Assembly: GCF_030144855.1 (NCBI RefSeq)
Contig: NC_082730.1
Span: forward strand, 3,968,001-4,032,000
DNA length: 64,000 bases
Direction of reading: 5' to 3'
Source of the DNA: Hypanus sabinus
Taxonomy: Eukaryota
The notes under the pieces: model-generated
Database searches by the model: none
Told to the model about the DNA's origin: nothing
The model's input: the letters and a program-made list of their open reading frames with translations, nothing else
Part shown: positions 36,001 to 51,200 of the stretch, in pieces
Layout: the number at the start of each line of letters is the position of its first letter
Numbering within the stretch: the stretch's first letter is position 1
Made by a program: the position numbers and the translations under genes

Positions 36001-39000
36001 CTCTGGAGGATCTTTCATTGATCCTGTTTTAGATACTATTCTTTAGATTTGTTGAGCATGCCCAAAGGAAAATAAATCTCAGGATTCTATATGGTGATAT
36101 ATATCTACTTTGATAATAAAGCTTACTTTGATCACTTTGAAGTGTACTTGTTTCCAATGTTTGTTCTCCAAGCACCAAATGAAGTTGCAAGTTTTAAGTT
36201 CAAGAGCAAGTTTCAAGTTTAATTATCGTTCAATTATACACGAATAGAGGCAAACGACAAGGTGCAAAACACATACCAACAACATACAGTCACAAAGAGA
36301 AATAAAAATATATCGCCCAAGTCTTGAGTTGTCCTGGTCCAGCTTGTTCTTTCACCAAGTGAACACTGGAGGGCAGCACAGACAGGAGGGCTCAGACCCC
36401 AACCCAGCATGAAATCTGATTTGGACAATCCACATATTATAGTGAGAATGGTTACAGGGACAGTGTATTCCGTGTGGTATGTGGGAAGTCTGGGACACCT
36501 CCAGTCTCCCAGATAAACACAACTGCATCAGGTGCACCGAGTTGCACTTCCTGAGAGAACATATTAAGGAACAGGAGCTCAACTCGATGACCATTGACTC
36601 ATGTGGGAGAATGAAAAAGAGATAGAAAAGAACTAGAGGGAGGTAGTTACCCCAGGATTACAGGTAACTGAGAGATTGCCAGGAGAAGGAGGGGAAATGT
36701 ACAACCAGTGCAGAGTACACCTGTGGCCATTCCCCTCAATAATAACTTTAGATACTATTGAGAGGGATGACCTAACAGGGAGGAGCCACAATGACCAGGT
36801 CTCTGGCACTGAGTTTGATGCTGTGTCTCAGATGAGCGGAGAGGTGAAGAGGACTGCAGTATTGCTAGGAGATTCCTTCATCGGAGGAAAAGAGAAAAGG
36901 TTCTGTGGGTGAGATAGAGACACACAAATTGTATCTTGCCTCCCTGATGCCAGGATCAGGGATATCTCGATTCTTGACCGTGGCATTCTCAAGGGCAAAG
37001 TTGAGCAGCTGAAGTTTTTGTACATATTGACACCATGACATGGGTAAATAATGTGATGAGGTCCTGAAGAGAGATTTTATGGAGCTAGGTAGAAAGCTGA
37101 GAAACAGGACCATCAGGATAGTGATCACTGGATTGTTGCCTGTGCCATGTGCCACTGAGGGAAAGAATAGGATGATTTGGCAGGTGAATATGTAGCTGAG
37201 GAACTGGAGCATGAGGCAAGGGTTGAAATTTATGGATCTTAGTGATCTCTCCTGGGGCAGCTATGACCTGTACAATAAAAGACAGGCTACACCTGATCCC
37301 GAGGATCTCCAATATCCTTGTGGGCAGGTTGGTTTAAGTTGTTTGGGTGGGTTTAAACTAGCTCAGCAGGGGGCTGGGAACTGGAATGATAATGCGGAGG
37401 ATGAGCGCTATCAGATGTAAATAGATGTAATGTGTAGTGAGACTCCTAACAGGGAGACCTATGCGATAGATAAAAATTGAAGTAAACCGGAAGAGCTGTA
37501 ATGTAAAGGTGTTCAAAATTAAAAAAGGTGAATACAGAACTAAAGGTGTCATATTTGACCGCGGGCGGTAATGGAATAAGGTCGATGAACTTGTAGTACA
37601 GATGCAGATTGGCAAAGATGATGTAGGTATCACTGAATAGGCAGGAAGGCAGAGGGTCTGGCATGGCACTGTTGATAAAAAATGAAATTAAATCATTCGA
37701 AAGAAGTGACATAAGGTCAGAAGATGTTGAATTGTTGTAGTTAGAGCTGAGGAACTGCAAGGGTAAAGAGACGCTGACGGATGTTATCTACAGACGCCCA
37801 AACAGAGGTAAGGATGTGGTCTACAAGTTGGAATGGGAGATGGGAATTGCCTGCCAAAAGGGCAATGTTACAGTACTCACAAGGTCCATCAATATACAAG
37901 TAGATTGGGAAAACCAGGTTGGTGTGGGATTCGAAGAGGGGCAATTTCTAACTTATGGGATATCTTTCTAGAACAGTTTGTGTTTGAGCCCTGTAGGGTT
38001 AGCTATTCTAGTTTGAGTGTTGTGCGATGAACCAGAATTGATCAGAGAGCTTAAAGTAAAACAATCCTGAGGGGTAACTTATCATTATGTAGTCAAAATG
38101 ACGCTGCAATTTGAGAAAGGGAAGCTGAAATCACATCTTACAGTATTACAGTGGAGTAAAATATATCACAGGGGCATGAGAGAGGAGTTGTCCAGTACTG
38201 ATTCAAGAAAAAAATAACACAGGCAAGGATGATGACAGAGATGCAATCACTGCAATTACTTAAAGCGATTCAGATGACACAGGATTTATTATTCTCAGTG
38301 TAGGAAGTATACTAAGGGCAAGATGACACATCCATGGCTAACGAAGGAAGTCAAGGTCAACATGAGGTCCAAAGTAAGGGCATATAATAGAGCAAAAAAT
38401 TTGCGAGATGTTAGGGGAGTGGGAAGCTTTTAAGTACCAACAAAAGGCAACTAGAAGTCATTAAGTAGGTAAATATGGAATAAAGCTAGCCAATAATATT
38501 AAAGACAATACCAGCAATTTCTTCAGGACCATAAAGTGTGAAAGAGAGGCAAGACTGGATGTTGGACCAGTGGAAAATGATACTGTTATGGGGACACGGA
38601 AATGGCAGAAAAACTGGATAAGTATTTTGCATCAGTCTTACTGTGGAAGAATCTAACAGTGTGGAGGAAGTTATAGGTATCAGGAGTCATGTAATGTGTA
38701 AAGTTACCACTACTAGAGAGAAGGTCCTTGGGACACTGAAAGGTCTAATGATGGATAACTCACCGGGAGCAGATGGTGTACTCCCCTAGATTCTGATAGA
38801 GGTGGTTGAACAGATTGTGGAGGCATTAGTAATGACCTTTCAATAATCATTAGATTCTGTAAAGGTTCCTGAAGACTGGACAATTGCAAAAGGAACCCCA
38901 CTCTTCAAGAAAAGAGAAAGGCAGAAGAAAGGAAATTAAAGGCCAATTAGTCTGACCTCAGTGGTCGGGAAGATGTTGGATTCAATTGTTAAGGATGTGT

Positions 39001-42000
39001 TTTCAAGGTTCTCGGATACACAAGATAAAATAGGCCATAGTCAGCATTGTTTTCTCAAATGAAAATCCTGCCTGACATATCTGTTGGAATTTTTTGAAGA
39101 TATAACAAGCAGGAATAGACAAAGGAGAATTGGTTAATGTTGCAAACTTGTGTAACACCCTGGGAAAGTGTTCACTGCTAACATAATGGTCTTTCTGTAG
39201 AAGCTGTGTTTGGAGTATTGTGAGCAGTTCTGGGCCCTTTATCTTGAAAAGGATGTGCTGAAACTGGAGAGAGAACAATGGAGGTTCATGAAAGTTATTC
39301 CAGGATAAATTGACTTGTCATATGAAGTGCGTTTGATTGTTCTGATCCTGTAATCAATGGAAATAAAAAGAATGAGAGATGACCTAATTGAAACCTACCA
39401 AAATTGTAAAAAGTCTTGATAGAGTGGCTGTGGAGAGGATGTTTTCTGCGGGTGGAGTTTTGAAGACCCAATAGATTGACATCTTCTTCGAACAGATTTG
39501 TGGAGGAACTTGTTTAGCTGGAGAGTGGTGAATCAGTGATATTTGTTGCTACAGGAAGCTGTGGAGGCCAATTCTTTATGTACATTTAAGGCAGAGGTTA
39601 ATAGATTCTTGATTGATCACAGCATGAAGGGATACAGGGGGAAGGCAGGAGACTGGGGCTGAGAGGAAAACAGATTAGCCATGATGAAATGGCAGAGCAG
39701 ATTCAATGGGCCAAATGGTCATTTGGAAATCCAGCAGCACATCTTGTTCACACAACAACTCAGTCAATGCAAATCCCCCGTCATTGGTCTCTCCAGAGAA
39801 CGAGTAAACCAAACGCAGTATTTTTTTGTCCAACAGGGTCTTGTGATCACTACACTAAATATCCAAAGCAATCAACCATACTTTTTTAGGGCTGCGCACA
39901 GTCTGGGCACAAATGTACGCAACAAGTCCAGCTCCATCAATATCGAGCAAGTTGCTGCTGGGGTAGTCCTGCAGTCATTGATGTTCTGAATCTCCAGCAG
40001 TGACTTGCGGATGGAAAATAGACGTACAGGATGAGCAAATACACGGGAGTGGTCGCTGTGTCTGAGCACGCCGCCATCGTTCCAGAAGCAGATGTAGAGT
40101 CTCGATGTGGAGGGGCCCCTCCCTCCTCTGAGCTCTCTCATGTCTGCTTGGTGGGCAAGACCAGTTGTAATGGGGAACTCTGAGTAGAGAGCAGTAACAA
40201 ATATTTGAGACATGTTGAGTGGACGTGCAGACCCCTCATCCATTGTGGTCACTCCCGGGTTCTCTGCTTGTCCACATCCATGAAGCTCTTTGTCTCCTTT
40301 AGCATCTCTGTCTGCTGCTCTCTCGGCTGCCCTGTCCATTCTCTGACTTCCTCTGCTGTCCATTGGGTCAAACAACACAGAGATCGTCCCTTTGATCCAC
40401 TGAGGGAACTCCAACCATCAAACACCACGTTACACCAATACCATTTCATTAATCCCATCACCTCCCCCAGTTTCTACCACTCACCCTCTCAGTAGGGGCA
40501 ATTTATAGTGGACAATTAACCTACCGCCCTTGTATCATTGGAATCTGGGATGAAATAATAGCACCCTGGGTAACCCGTGCCTTCACTGGGAGAACATGCA
40601 AACTCCACACAGCTGGAATCTAAAACCAGGATGAAATTAGGTTTGCTGGAGTTGTGAGACAGCAGAACTTCCTGCTGCCCGTCTGTATGTGATTTCTCTC
40701 TTAACTTCAGAGACAACTGGACTCCAGCACCATTTTCTGTTTCACAACCTCAAACACTTCCCGCCACCATGTTACAACTTTGCAAGTCTTTCATCAAGGT
40801 CCCACACACCTCGAGCTGCTGAAACCGTTCATTCGTATTCTTGTTGATCAATCTGTTGTGTTTTGTTGTCACTGGATCTGTTTCACCTGACTGACCTGTG
40901 CCAGCCTCTCACTGGATCTGGCACAAGGCCACAAACAGTATTAATTTATTGCTCTTGCCCCATGTCTCTTCCTTTGTTCAACACTGTTCATCCAAACATG
41001 CAGCTCAGTCTTCGTCAGGTCACACATGCTGTTTTTTTGATAAGCCTGTCAGTCTGACAAAATCAAAAAGAGCTGTTTATTTGGAAATGATCGCTCATTT
41101 ATCAGATTGTCGATCTCACTGCATCTACTTATCGCTGCTCTGATCTAACCATCCCCAGGGGGGAGCCAGCTCACAAAATGGTGGCTGTAGAGAACACACA
41201 TAAAATGGCAGCCTCCAATCCTTCCACTACAAGAATGTATTTGCTTTTACTGCTTCCCCTGTCCCTGGCTCTTTCGGTGTTCTATAGTTTTTTAATCCCT
41301 TCATCACTGACAATCCACAGGATCAGCATTCAATCCCTCACTTTGTTGTACGAAAGCTTCAGAATTCGGGGAGATGAGATTGTTTGGTCAGGTAGGCAGA
41401 GGAAGAGGCAAATGGAGAATAGAATGGAGTTTGTGTTGGATCAATGTAAATTGATGTTCTCTATTTGGAGGCTGTGTCGTCTGGTCCTACACTCCTCCAC
41501 CATAACAAGCATCCTCTCTGTTGAGGTCTTTTAGCATTCGATAGGTTTTACTGCTTCCCCTGTCCCTGGCTCATTCCGTGTTTTACATTCCTCCTCATAT
41601 GCTCTAAAGATGAACTGTAGAATACTTGAAAGTGAGTCCATAGGTTGTGGAATCAACTCATAGTTGCAGTGTGAGAAGTTACCCACGCTGGTTCAGGAGT
41701 CTGATGTATAACTGTTCCTGAAACTGGTGGTGTGGAACCTGAGATCCATACCTCTGTTCCAACAGCAGCAATAAAAGCAGATTATGGACTGGATGGTAGG
41801 TGTCCCTGATGATGCATGTTTGCTTTCTTGTAGCAGTGCTCCTTGAGATCTGCTTAGTGGTTGGGAGGGATTTTCTTGTGATGGACTGGACCGTATCCAC
41901 CACTTCATGTTGGCTTTTCTGTTCCTTTGATCAGGACTGTGGTGATGAGATAAAACTTCAGTCAGAGTTTCATTGAACGGGGGCAGGGACGAGGGTCCAA

Positions 42001-42009
42001 AAATCCTCC

Positions 42010-42223
42010 TGCTCTTATTGTTCTTATTTGGTGTGAGGTGACATTCTGACATCAGTCAGTCCGCATTTGACGTCGAGCGCTGTGGCTTTCTGCCTGTGAT
42101 CACACCTCTGTATTTCACCTTTTGCACAACACGTACTTTCTTGTCGACTGCTCCTCACAACATACTGACTAGGAGGGGAAGCTTTGTTCGGTCCATCAGC
42201 ATCTATACTGTTCTGTGAGAACA
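42010..42223 (+). promoter_or_regulatory. Putative proximal promoter/5'UTR of paralog B
   Basis: Paralogous to 15600-15811; retains TGACGTCG and AGGGGAAG. Confidence 0.4.
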
Positions 42224-42278
42224 ATGAACACCAGGCATCTGCTGATCTCCTGCTGGCTAACTCTCTGTGCCTCACGCT
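42224..42278 (+). CDS. Paralog B exon 1, signal peptide MNTRHLLISCWLTLCASR
   Basis: ATG at 42224, donor T|gtaagt, one substitution versus paralog A. Confidence 0.8.
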
Positions 42279-45200
42279 GTAAGTTTGATTCAGAGCAAGT
42301 CTTTGTCTTTTAAAATCCTTCTCTTCAGGTTCTCTGTTAATTTCTGGACTGGGGCATTTCTGGGTCCCACAATACCAGAGCAAGGAGAGTGTATGCTGGT
42401 CACAATGAAGCACGGGTTTGATATAGAGAGCAAAAAAAGCTTGGTTACTGGTGGGCATTGGGACAGAGGATTGGCACATTCTGTAGCCATAGACACATCC
42501 TGCTGCTAATTCTGTAAATGAAGCTTGAGAAAAAAGTATCAGTTGTTCACGGGATTGGGAAGGATTTATCAGGGATGTGGAACCCAGGAACTGGGATCTG
42601 ATCCAGAGATGTTTCCAGGAAAAGTTCATGATGGGGAATCATTGTAGGAATGATGGTTGGGGGCGGGGGGGGGGACACTGAATGCAGAAAGAGAGGGGAA
42701 ATTGTTAACAGTCATCTAACATTTTGGGATCTGAATGCTGGTTTCCTCTCTCTCTCTGTTAACAGAGTGTCGATCTGTCAATAGCCCAAATCACAGAACC
42801 GGACATACAATCAGTGAGAGAGAATGATGAGGAAAATCCTGATATCATTGTCAGAAGCAGTTGTTAACCTGAAGAATGAGTCTTTTCTTTTTCAATCTTT
42901 TTATTAAGTTTCAAATTAGTAAACATAACAATAATGATAATGATACAAAGAGGTCGGGATTACATTAATAACGGTTAACATGTACAAACACAGATTCCAA
43001 ATAACAAATGTAGTTTAGCCTCCCAATCTCTTAGTAAATGCCCATGAAAAAAAATTGATAAAGAGAGAATAAAAACCATAAACTAAAAAAAACTGAACTA
43101 AAAATACAAAGATTGGACTGCCATATTTCATTGGCTAAAATTATAATTTGTTGTTAACTCTGCTCCTCTATACCTGAGCAAAATATTACTAAAAATGGAT
43201 TCAGAAAGGCTCAACTTACATCATATGAAAACAAATGGCCTTCAAGTTTCTTCAAATTTAACCAAAGGATCCACAGAACTGCTCCTAATTTTTTCCAAGT
43301 TTAAACATGCTATCATTTGGTAAAATCATTGAAATGTGGTAGGGGGATTGGAATCTTTCCATTTAAGTAAAATGGTTTTTCTGGCTATTAATGTAACAAA
43401 TGCAATTAAATGACAAGCTGATGAGGTTATATGATTGTAGTCTATCACTGGTAATCCAAAAATTGCAGTAATGGGATGAGTTTGTAAATCAACCCACAGA
43501 ACTACTGAAATAATATCAAAAATATCTTTCCAGTATTTTCCTCAAAGAAGGCAAGAACAGAACATAAGTGTCAAGGAAGCTACTTCAGAATTATATCTAT
43601 CGCAAACAGGATTTATTTGGCAGTAAAAGTGAGCTAGCTTATCCTTGGACATATGAGCCCTATGAACCACCTTAAATTGTATCAAAGTGTGTCTGGCACA
43701 CATTGAAGAAGTATTAACTAGTTGAAGAATTTTCTCCCATTTCTCTGTAGATAAAGATAATTGAAGTTCTCTTTCCCACTCATTATTAATTTTATCAGAA
43801 GTACTTAAGCGTATTTTCATAATTAAATCATAAATAAATGCTATTAAACTCTTCTGATATGGATTTAAACTTAATTTTTTTTCTGTAACTTCAATTTGAT
43901 GTGATATCTGAACGGTACCTAAAGTAGCGTTCAGAAAGTTTCTAATCTGTAAATATCTGAAAAAGTGTGATGTAGGCAAATTATATTTATTACACAATAA
44001 ATGAAACATGAAACAATCATCCATGAATAAATCACTAAAACATGTTATTCTCTTTGTTTTCCATAAAATAAAAGCTTAATTAATTCTTGATGGTTGAAAG
44101 AAAAATATAGATATAATAGAACTTGGCAGGATAAATTTATTCAATCCAAAAAATTTACAAAATTGTAACCATATTCATATTGTATGTTTGATTATTGGCT
44201 TCTCATTTGTTTATTCAATTTAGTAAGTGCAAAGGGAAGCGCAGCTCCTAAAATAGAAGCCCATGAAAACACCTGTGCAGACTCCCACTCGAGGTTCATC
44301 CATCGTGGATATTGAGTTTCATCCAACTCTTGTGTCTGAAACATTAATTTTGAATATTAATTGCCCAATAATAAAATCTAAGATTCGACAAAACCAAACG
44401 CCTTCCTGTTTTGATTTCTGTAAATATTTCTTACTTAACATAGGATTTCTTTTCTGCCATATATATGAAGAAATTTTAGAATCAATAATATCAAAAATGA
44501 TTTAGGGATGAAAATTGATACTACCTGAAATAGATATAGAAATTTAGGTAAAATAATCATCTTCATAGCATTAATTCAACCAATCAAAGATAGGGACAAT
44601 GGGGACAATTTAGTAAACAGTTGTTTAACTTGATCAATTAAGGGTAAAAATGTGATTTTAAATAGAACCTTATACTTCTTAGTAATTTTAACACCCAAAT
44701 AAATAAAATATTCAGTAACCAATCTAAATGGTGATTGCATATAAATTGGAACCTGCATATTTAATGGGGAAAACACATTCTTATTAAGATTCAATTTATG
44801 ACCAGAAAATCTACTAAACTGAGCAAGTAGTGTTATTACTGCAGGAATGGGTATCTCTGGGTACAACATATGTAGTAATAGGTCAACTGCATGTAATGAT
44901 ACTTTATGCATCCCATTCTTACAATTAATGCCAAATATATTGGGTGAATCAAGAAGAGTGACTGCCAAGGACTCCAGGGCAATATCGAATAGTAAAGGGC
45001 TTAAAGGACAACCCTGTCTCGTACCTCAAAAAAGCCTACAAAAGGGGGATCTCTGATTATTGGTAAATACAGCAGCCAAGGGTGTATGATATATCAATTG
45101 AATCTAAGGTAGAAATTTTGGGCTAAAATTAAATTTCTCAAGTATATTAAATAAATATTCCCATTCAAGTCTGTCAAATGTCTTCTCGGCATTAAGCGAA

Positions 45201-48200
45201 ATAACGCATTCTGCAGTATTAGATAAAGTGGTGTATATAATGTTCATTAAACTCCTAACATTAAAATGTGAATAAAAATTTTTAATAAATCCTGTCCGAT
45301 CCTCAGAGACAATTTGTGGCAATATCTTCTGTAATCAACTTGCTAATATTTTGGAAAAGATTTTAGAATCAACATTCAACAAAGATATAGGTCTGTATGA
45401 TGCATATTCATATCTTTGTCTTTTTTAGGAACTAAAGAAATAGATGCTTCATAAAAGGATTGTGGTCATTTACCTACAAATAAAGCATATTTAAAAATTC
45501 TGCATAACAAAGCAGAATGTAAATCTGAAAAATAATATAAAAATTCATCTGTATACCTATCCGGACTTTACCAGAGTTCATTGAAAAAATTGCTTTTTTT
45601 ATTTCCTCTTCAGTAATGGGTGCAGCTAATGGGTTAATCAGCTGGTAATTTTGGAATATTCAGTTTCCTTAAAAATTCATGCATTATGGTAGGATCATCA
45701 GGAAATTCTGATTGGTATAAATTGGTATAAAATTCTTGAAAAGATTTATTAATTTCATTGTGGTCAACAGTCAAAATACCATGCTGTCTATGAACTTTAT
45801 TCATCTGACGTTTCACCAAAGCAGCCTTCATTTGGTTAGCCAATGATAGACTTGATTTATCACCATGTATATAAAATTTACTCTTAGTTTTAAGTAATTG
45901 ATTTTCAATTGAGGATGTTAATAACAAACTATGTCGTATCTGAAGTTCACCTCTCTCTTTATAAAGCTCCAGATTGGGAGCAATAGAATATTTTTTATTA
46001 ATTTCTTTAACCTTATCAAGCAATGTATATATTTCACTATTAATCCATGTTTTCAATCCAGCAGAGTATGAAATAATTTGCCCACAGATATATACTCTTA
46101 AGGTACAGGTGTCCCCCGTTTTTCAAATGTTCACTTTATGTCAACTCGCTGTTTCAAAAGACCTACATTAGTTACCTGTTTTCACTGACAGAAGGTGCTT
46201 TCAATGTTAAGAGAAAAGGCAGCGCATACCCTGTGCAGCCAAGCTACTCCCCCAGAAATGCATTCTCGCCAGCATTGCTTAAACGCGTGCCTGTGAGCAT
46301 CTGTGCTTAATGTCAATTTATTTTCTGCATCGGTTAGCAATATGAGTTCTAAGGTATCAGAAAAGTCTAAAAGAGTGCATAAGGGTGTTACACTTAGTGT
46401 AAAACTAGAAAATTAAGCATTTTGATTGTTGTGAACAAAATAAGGATATAGTGAGTTTGGCTAAGGGCTTGTGGAAGTTGACGAAGATGATATTGAAGGG
46501 GTTTTGGCTTCCCATGACCAAGAACTGAGAGATGAAGAGCAGATGAAGAGGAAAAGATAACAATTGAAACCGAACACAGTAGCAAAGTAGTGAAGTCATC
46601 CAGGAACTGAACATGAAGCAATAATGTGAGACTTTTATTGCGATTGGCAATGCTGCAATGGTTGCAGAAAAGTACGACTTTAATTTTTAAAAGGTACGTA
46701 GGTTTAGGGCATATTTGCTGGATGGTTTGAGTGCTTATGCAAATTTATGATGAAGGTCAACAGATGCTTGATGCTCCAATTAACGAGCATGAAATTCAGA
46801 AAGCTATTTCATCAATGCAATCAGGTAAAGCTCCCAGACTTGATGGTTCTTCGGTGGGATTGGTCAAAAAAATTGAAAGATTAGTTTCTCCGTATCTTTT
46901 GGAAATATTTCATGAATCCTTTGAGAAAGGTAATTTACATTCTTCTTTTTATGAAGCATCTATAGCCTTAATTCTTAAAAAAGATAAAGATGCCGTTGAA
47001 TGCTCATCACATAGACCTATTTCGCTATTAAATGTGGATGCAAAAATTCTTTCTAAAATAATGGCTAACAACTTGGAAACCTTTTAAATTAAAATTATCT
47101 CTATGGGCCAGATGGGCTTTATTAAAGACCGTTACTCTTTCTCTAATGTTTGGAGATTGATGAACATTATTTATTCACCATTATCTAAGCAACCTCAATG
47201 TGTTATCTCTCTTGATGCAGAAAAGGCATTCGATAGAGTTGAGTGGCCATACTTGTTCACAGTATTAGAAAAATTTGGTTTTGGTAAAAATTTTAATAGA
47301 TGGATTCAAATGATCTATAAGAACCCTATTGCCATGGTCATTACTAGCAAATACAGGTCTTCTTTCTTTTCACTTTCTCATGGTACTAGACAGGGACGTA
47401 CATTAAGCCCTTTATTATTTAATCTTGTATTGGAACCTTTAGCTATAACATTATGGGAGGCCAAAAACATTCATGGTATTTCTATAAATGGAACCATACA
47501 TAAGATTTCTCTTTATGCAGATGATCTTTTGATTTTTATTTCAAATCTTGAGGAATCAATTCCTAATCTTTTGGAAACACCTAAAGATTTTGGAAAATTT
47601 TCAGGATACCAACTTAGTTTGAATAAAAGTGAATTGTTTCATTAAATACTCCTGTTAGTATATATAATGATATTCCTTTTAGAATTGTTAATACATTTAG
47701 ATATTTAGGTATTATAATTACGAAAAAATATAAAGATCTTTATAAAGCTAATATAGTTCCTCTAATACACTCCATGAAATTACTATTTTCTAGATGGAAT
47801 CCACTTTCCCTTTCTTTAGTAGGTCATATCCATGCTGTTAAAATTATGATTTTATCTAGATTTTTAGATATTTTCCAAAATATACCTATCTTTTTAACTG
47901 AAAAAATTTTGATCAAATTGACTCTCCTATTTCTTCCTTTATTTGGAACAATAAGGGACCAAGAACTAACAAATACCATTTACAAAAACCCAAAAAAGAT
48001 GGTGGACTTACACTTCCTAATTTAAGACTGTCTTATTGGGCTGTGAATATTAGATAATTATGTTTTTGGTTATATTGGCTTGATAAGAGCCAAAAATCAC
48101 TTTGGGTTGATTTGGAATTGAAAGCTGTTAAACAATTTCATTTAACTTCAATATTAAGAGCTCCATTACCTTTACAGCTCTCTAAAATTACAAATTTAAA

Positions 48201-51200
48201 TTTTTCCCAGTTATTAAACAATCTTTACAGATTTGGATTCAGTTTTGTAATTTTTTAAATTTTAAACAATTTAAGTTGTCTAGTTTTCTATATCAAAACT
48301 TTTCATTTGAATCTTTAATAACCGACCCCATTTTTCTCCTATGGAAAAATAAATGGATCCTTTCTTTACATATTTATTTAGTGATGGTCAATTGATGACT
48401 TTTGAAGAATTAATTAACAACTACCCTCTCGCTCATACACATTTTTGCAATATTTTCAGTTTAGACATTTTTTACAACAGTATTTACCTAAGTTTCCATA
48501 TTTACAAGAATCTGATTTGTTGCATACCATTTTGAAATTGAATCCCATAGTGAAAGGTTCCATTAGTAGAATTTATAATTTATTTTTGTTACGAAAGTAG
48601 AACCTATCACTAAAGATTAAACAAGATTGGGAGAGAGAACTTAATATGACCTTTGTGAATGAAGATTGGGTTCGAATTTTGAAAAACGTAAATTCTTCTT
48701 GTATATGTGCCAATCACTGTTTAATTCAATTTAAAATTGTCCATTGTTATTATTTAACAAAGGAGAGACTATCTAAAATATTTCCTAGTGTAGATAATTA
48801 CTGTGATAGATATAAAACTGAAGTAGCTACTTCGTCACATATGTTCTGGTCATGTTCTTCATTTAAACTGTTTTGGAAATCTTTATTGTCTACAACCTCT
48901 AAACTTTGAAAATAAATTTACAACCTAACAGACTAACTGTTCTATTTGGAATAGTTCTGTATCATATTCAGCATATTTCATCTTCAGATCAACATGTAAT
49001 TGCATTTGTTACATTGTTGGCAAGAAGAGCTATTTTATTAAAATAAAAAGATGTCTCTTCCCTGACATTAATTGAATGGATTTCTCAAGTAATGTTATGT
49101 CTCAGCTTGGAAAAAGTTAAAAGTAGAACTTTCACACCTCGATTTGATTTTGAGAGCAGATGGGGTTCTTTTGCCAATTATTACCATTTAATTTGAATTA
49201 TTCTATATATGGTTTCCTTCCAATTTTATTTTTTTTAAATGTGAATTGAAGGCTGATGACTTTTATATTTATATATATATATATCTAGATAATAGTTAAA
49301 TGTATTACTTCCAGAGTTGATTCCTAACGGGGTTTTCTTTGTAGTTAATGTTTTTTTTTCTTAGTTAGATGGGGTTCTTTTTTTTCTATATATATTTTTT
49401 TTTAATTTCTATATATTATGATTAGTTTTTTTCTTCAGCTTTATTAATTGTATACTAATCAATTTGTTGAAGTTTTGTATTATTCAATAGTTGCAGAATA
49501 TTATGCATTAATAAAATGATTCTAAAAATGAAAATGAAAATGAAACTGTATGATAGAAAAATGTGTGAGGCTAAGTGGTCAAGCATACTGTCATTTTTCA
49601 AGCCTTCCACATCAGCCAGAGCAGACAATGAAACTCGACCTTCGACAACGAGGCAGGCAGATTTTGACGAAGGTGACCGACCTGTCCTGGAGGAAACAGA
49701 CGGCGATGAGATGACATCCCTGTCTCCCAACACCCCAAGCTCTGACGACTCAGCCAAACACACCAGTGTGCTCATTGTATTCCCAATTCTGATAAGGGGA
49801 ATTACACTATACATACATTATTTCTACTTTATGTAGGCTGTGTATTTTTATGTGTTACTTGGTAGCTTCATAGCTTAAAGATTACTGGAAAGAGTGCGTC
49901 TGTCGGGAGCGCTTGTGCCATGTGTTTTTGCTGCAAGAGCAGCCGAGAATGCTTGTGTGAGATTTTCGCTGCAGTGGACAGGCTGCAATAATTGCAGAGA
50001 AGTATTCCTACATTATATAGGCTGTGTATTTATCAGATCATTCCTGCTTTTACTATATGTTACTGTTATTTTAGGTTTTATGTGTTATTTGGCATGATTT
50101 GGTAGGTTATTTTTTGGGTCTGCGAATGCTCACAAATTTTTCCCATATAAATAAATGGTAATTGCTTCTTCACTTTACGACATTCCGGCAAACAAACAAT
50201 TTCATAGGAATTCTCTACCTTCGAATCATGGGGGAAACCTGAATCCCATAATATCCCACTGGAAATTTCTTCCATTGAGATAGTTGAAAAGACAAAATGC
50301 AATCTTTTCTTTAATGAAATTATCAAAATTTAAATCATGAAGCAAAATGGAGTTGAACCGCCATTATCTAGTACTAAAAGTTACATCAAATAATTTAATT
50401 GATAATTCAAAGGCGCATCTTCGGAAATGGCGATTGTATCACACTCACAGGCAGTGACAGATGAAAATAATCGGGATTCAATAAATAAGTAATCAATTCT
50501 AGAGGAATTATGATATACCGGAGAAAAGAAAGGTTACTCTTTATCATTGGGATTTAAAAGCTCCGAATTTCTAAAATTCCTGCGTCAACTAAAAAGGAAT
50601 TAATAAAAGTAGCAGATTTGTTTGGAAGTACCTGATTTGGTGCAGACCTATCCATCATAGGGTTCAGAAAACAATTAAAATCTCTGCCCATTATTAGCAT
50701 ATATTCATTTAAATTGGGAAGAGATACAAATAAATGCTTAGATAATTGAGGATAAACAGTATTTGGTGCATAAACAGACAGACAGACAGACATACTTTAT
50801 TGATCCCGAGGGAAATTGGGTTTCATTATAGCTGCACCAACCAAGAATAGTGAAGAAATATAGCAATATAAAACCATAAATAATTAAATATTAATAAGTT
50901 AATCATGCCAAGTGCAAATAAAGTCCAGGACCAGCCTATTGGCTTAGGGGGTCTGACATTCGAGGGAGGAGTTGTAAAGTTTGATGGCCACAGGTAGGAA
51001 TGACTTCCTATGACGCTTAGTGTTACATCTTGGTGGAATGAATCTCTGGCTGAATGTACTCCTGTGCCTAACCAGTACATTCTGGACCAATATTAACCAA
51101 AACTACTTTTTGGTTATAAAGTAAACCAGTAATTAATAGCAATCTACCATATGGGTCTGAGATTGTCTCATAATGAACAAATGAGATCGATGAGTCTATA

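Noticed and set aside
42024-42629. 201-aa minus-strand ORF over the promoter/leader of paralog B
   Set aside because: Broken in paralog A, non-ATG start, no domain signal; an antisense by-product.
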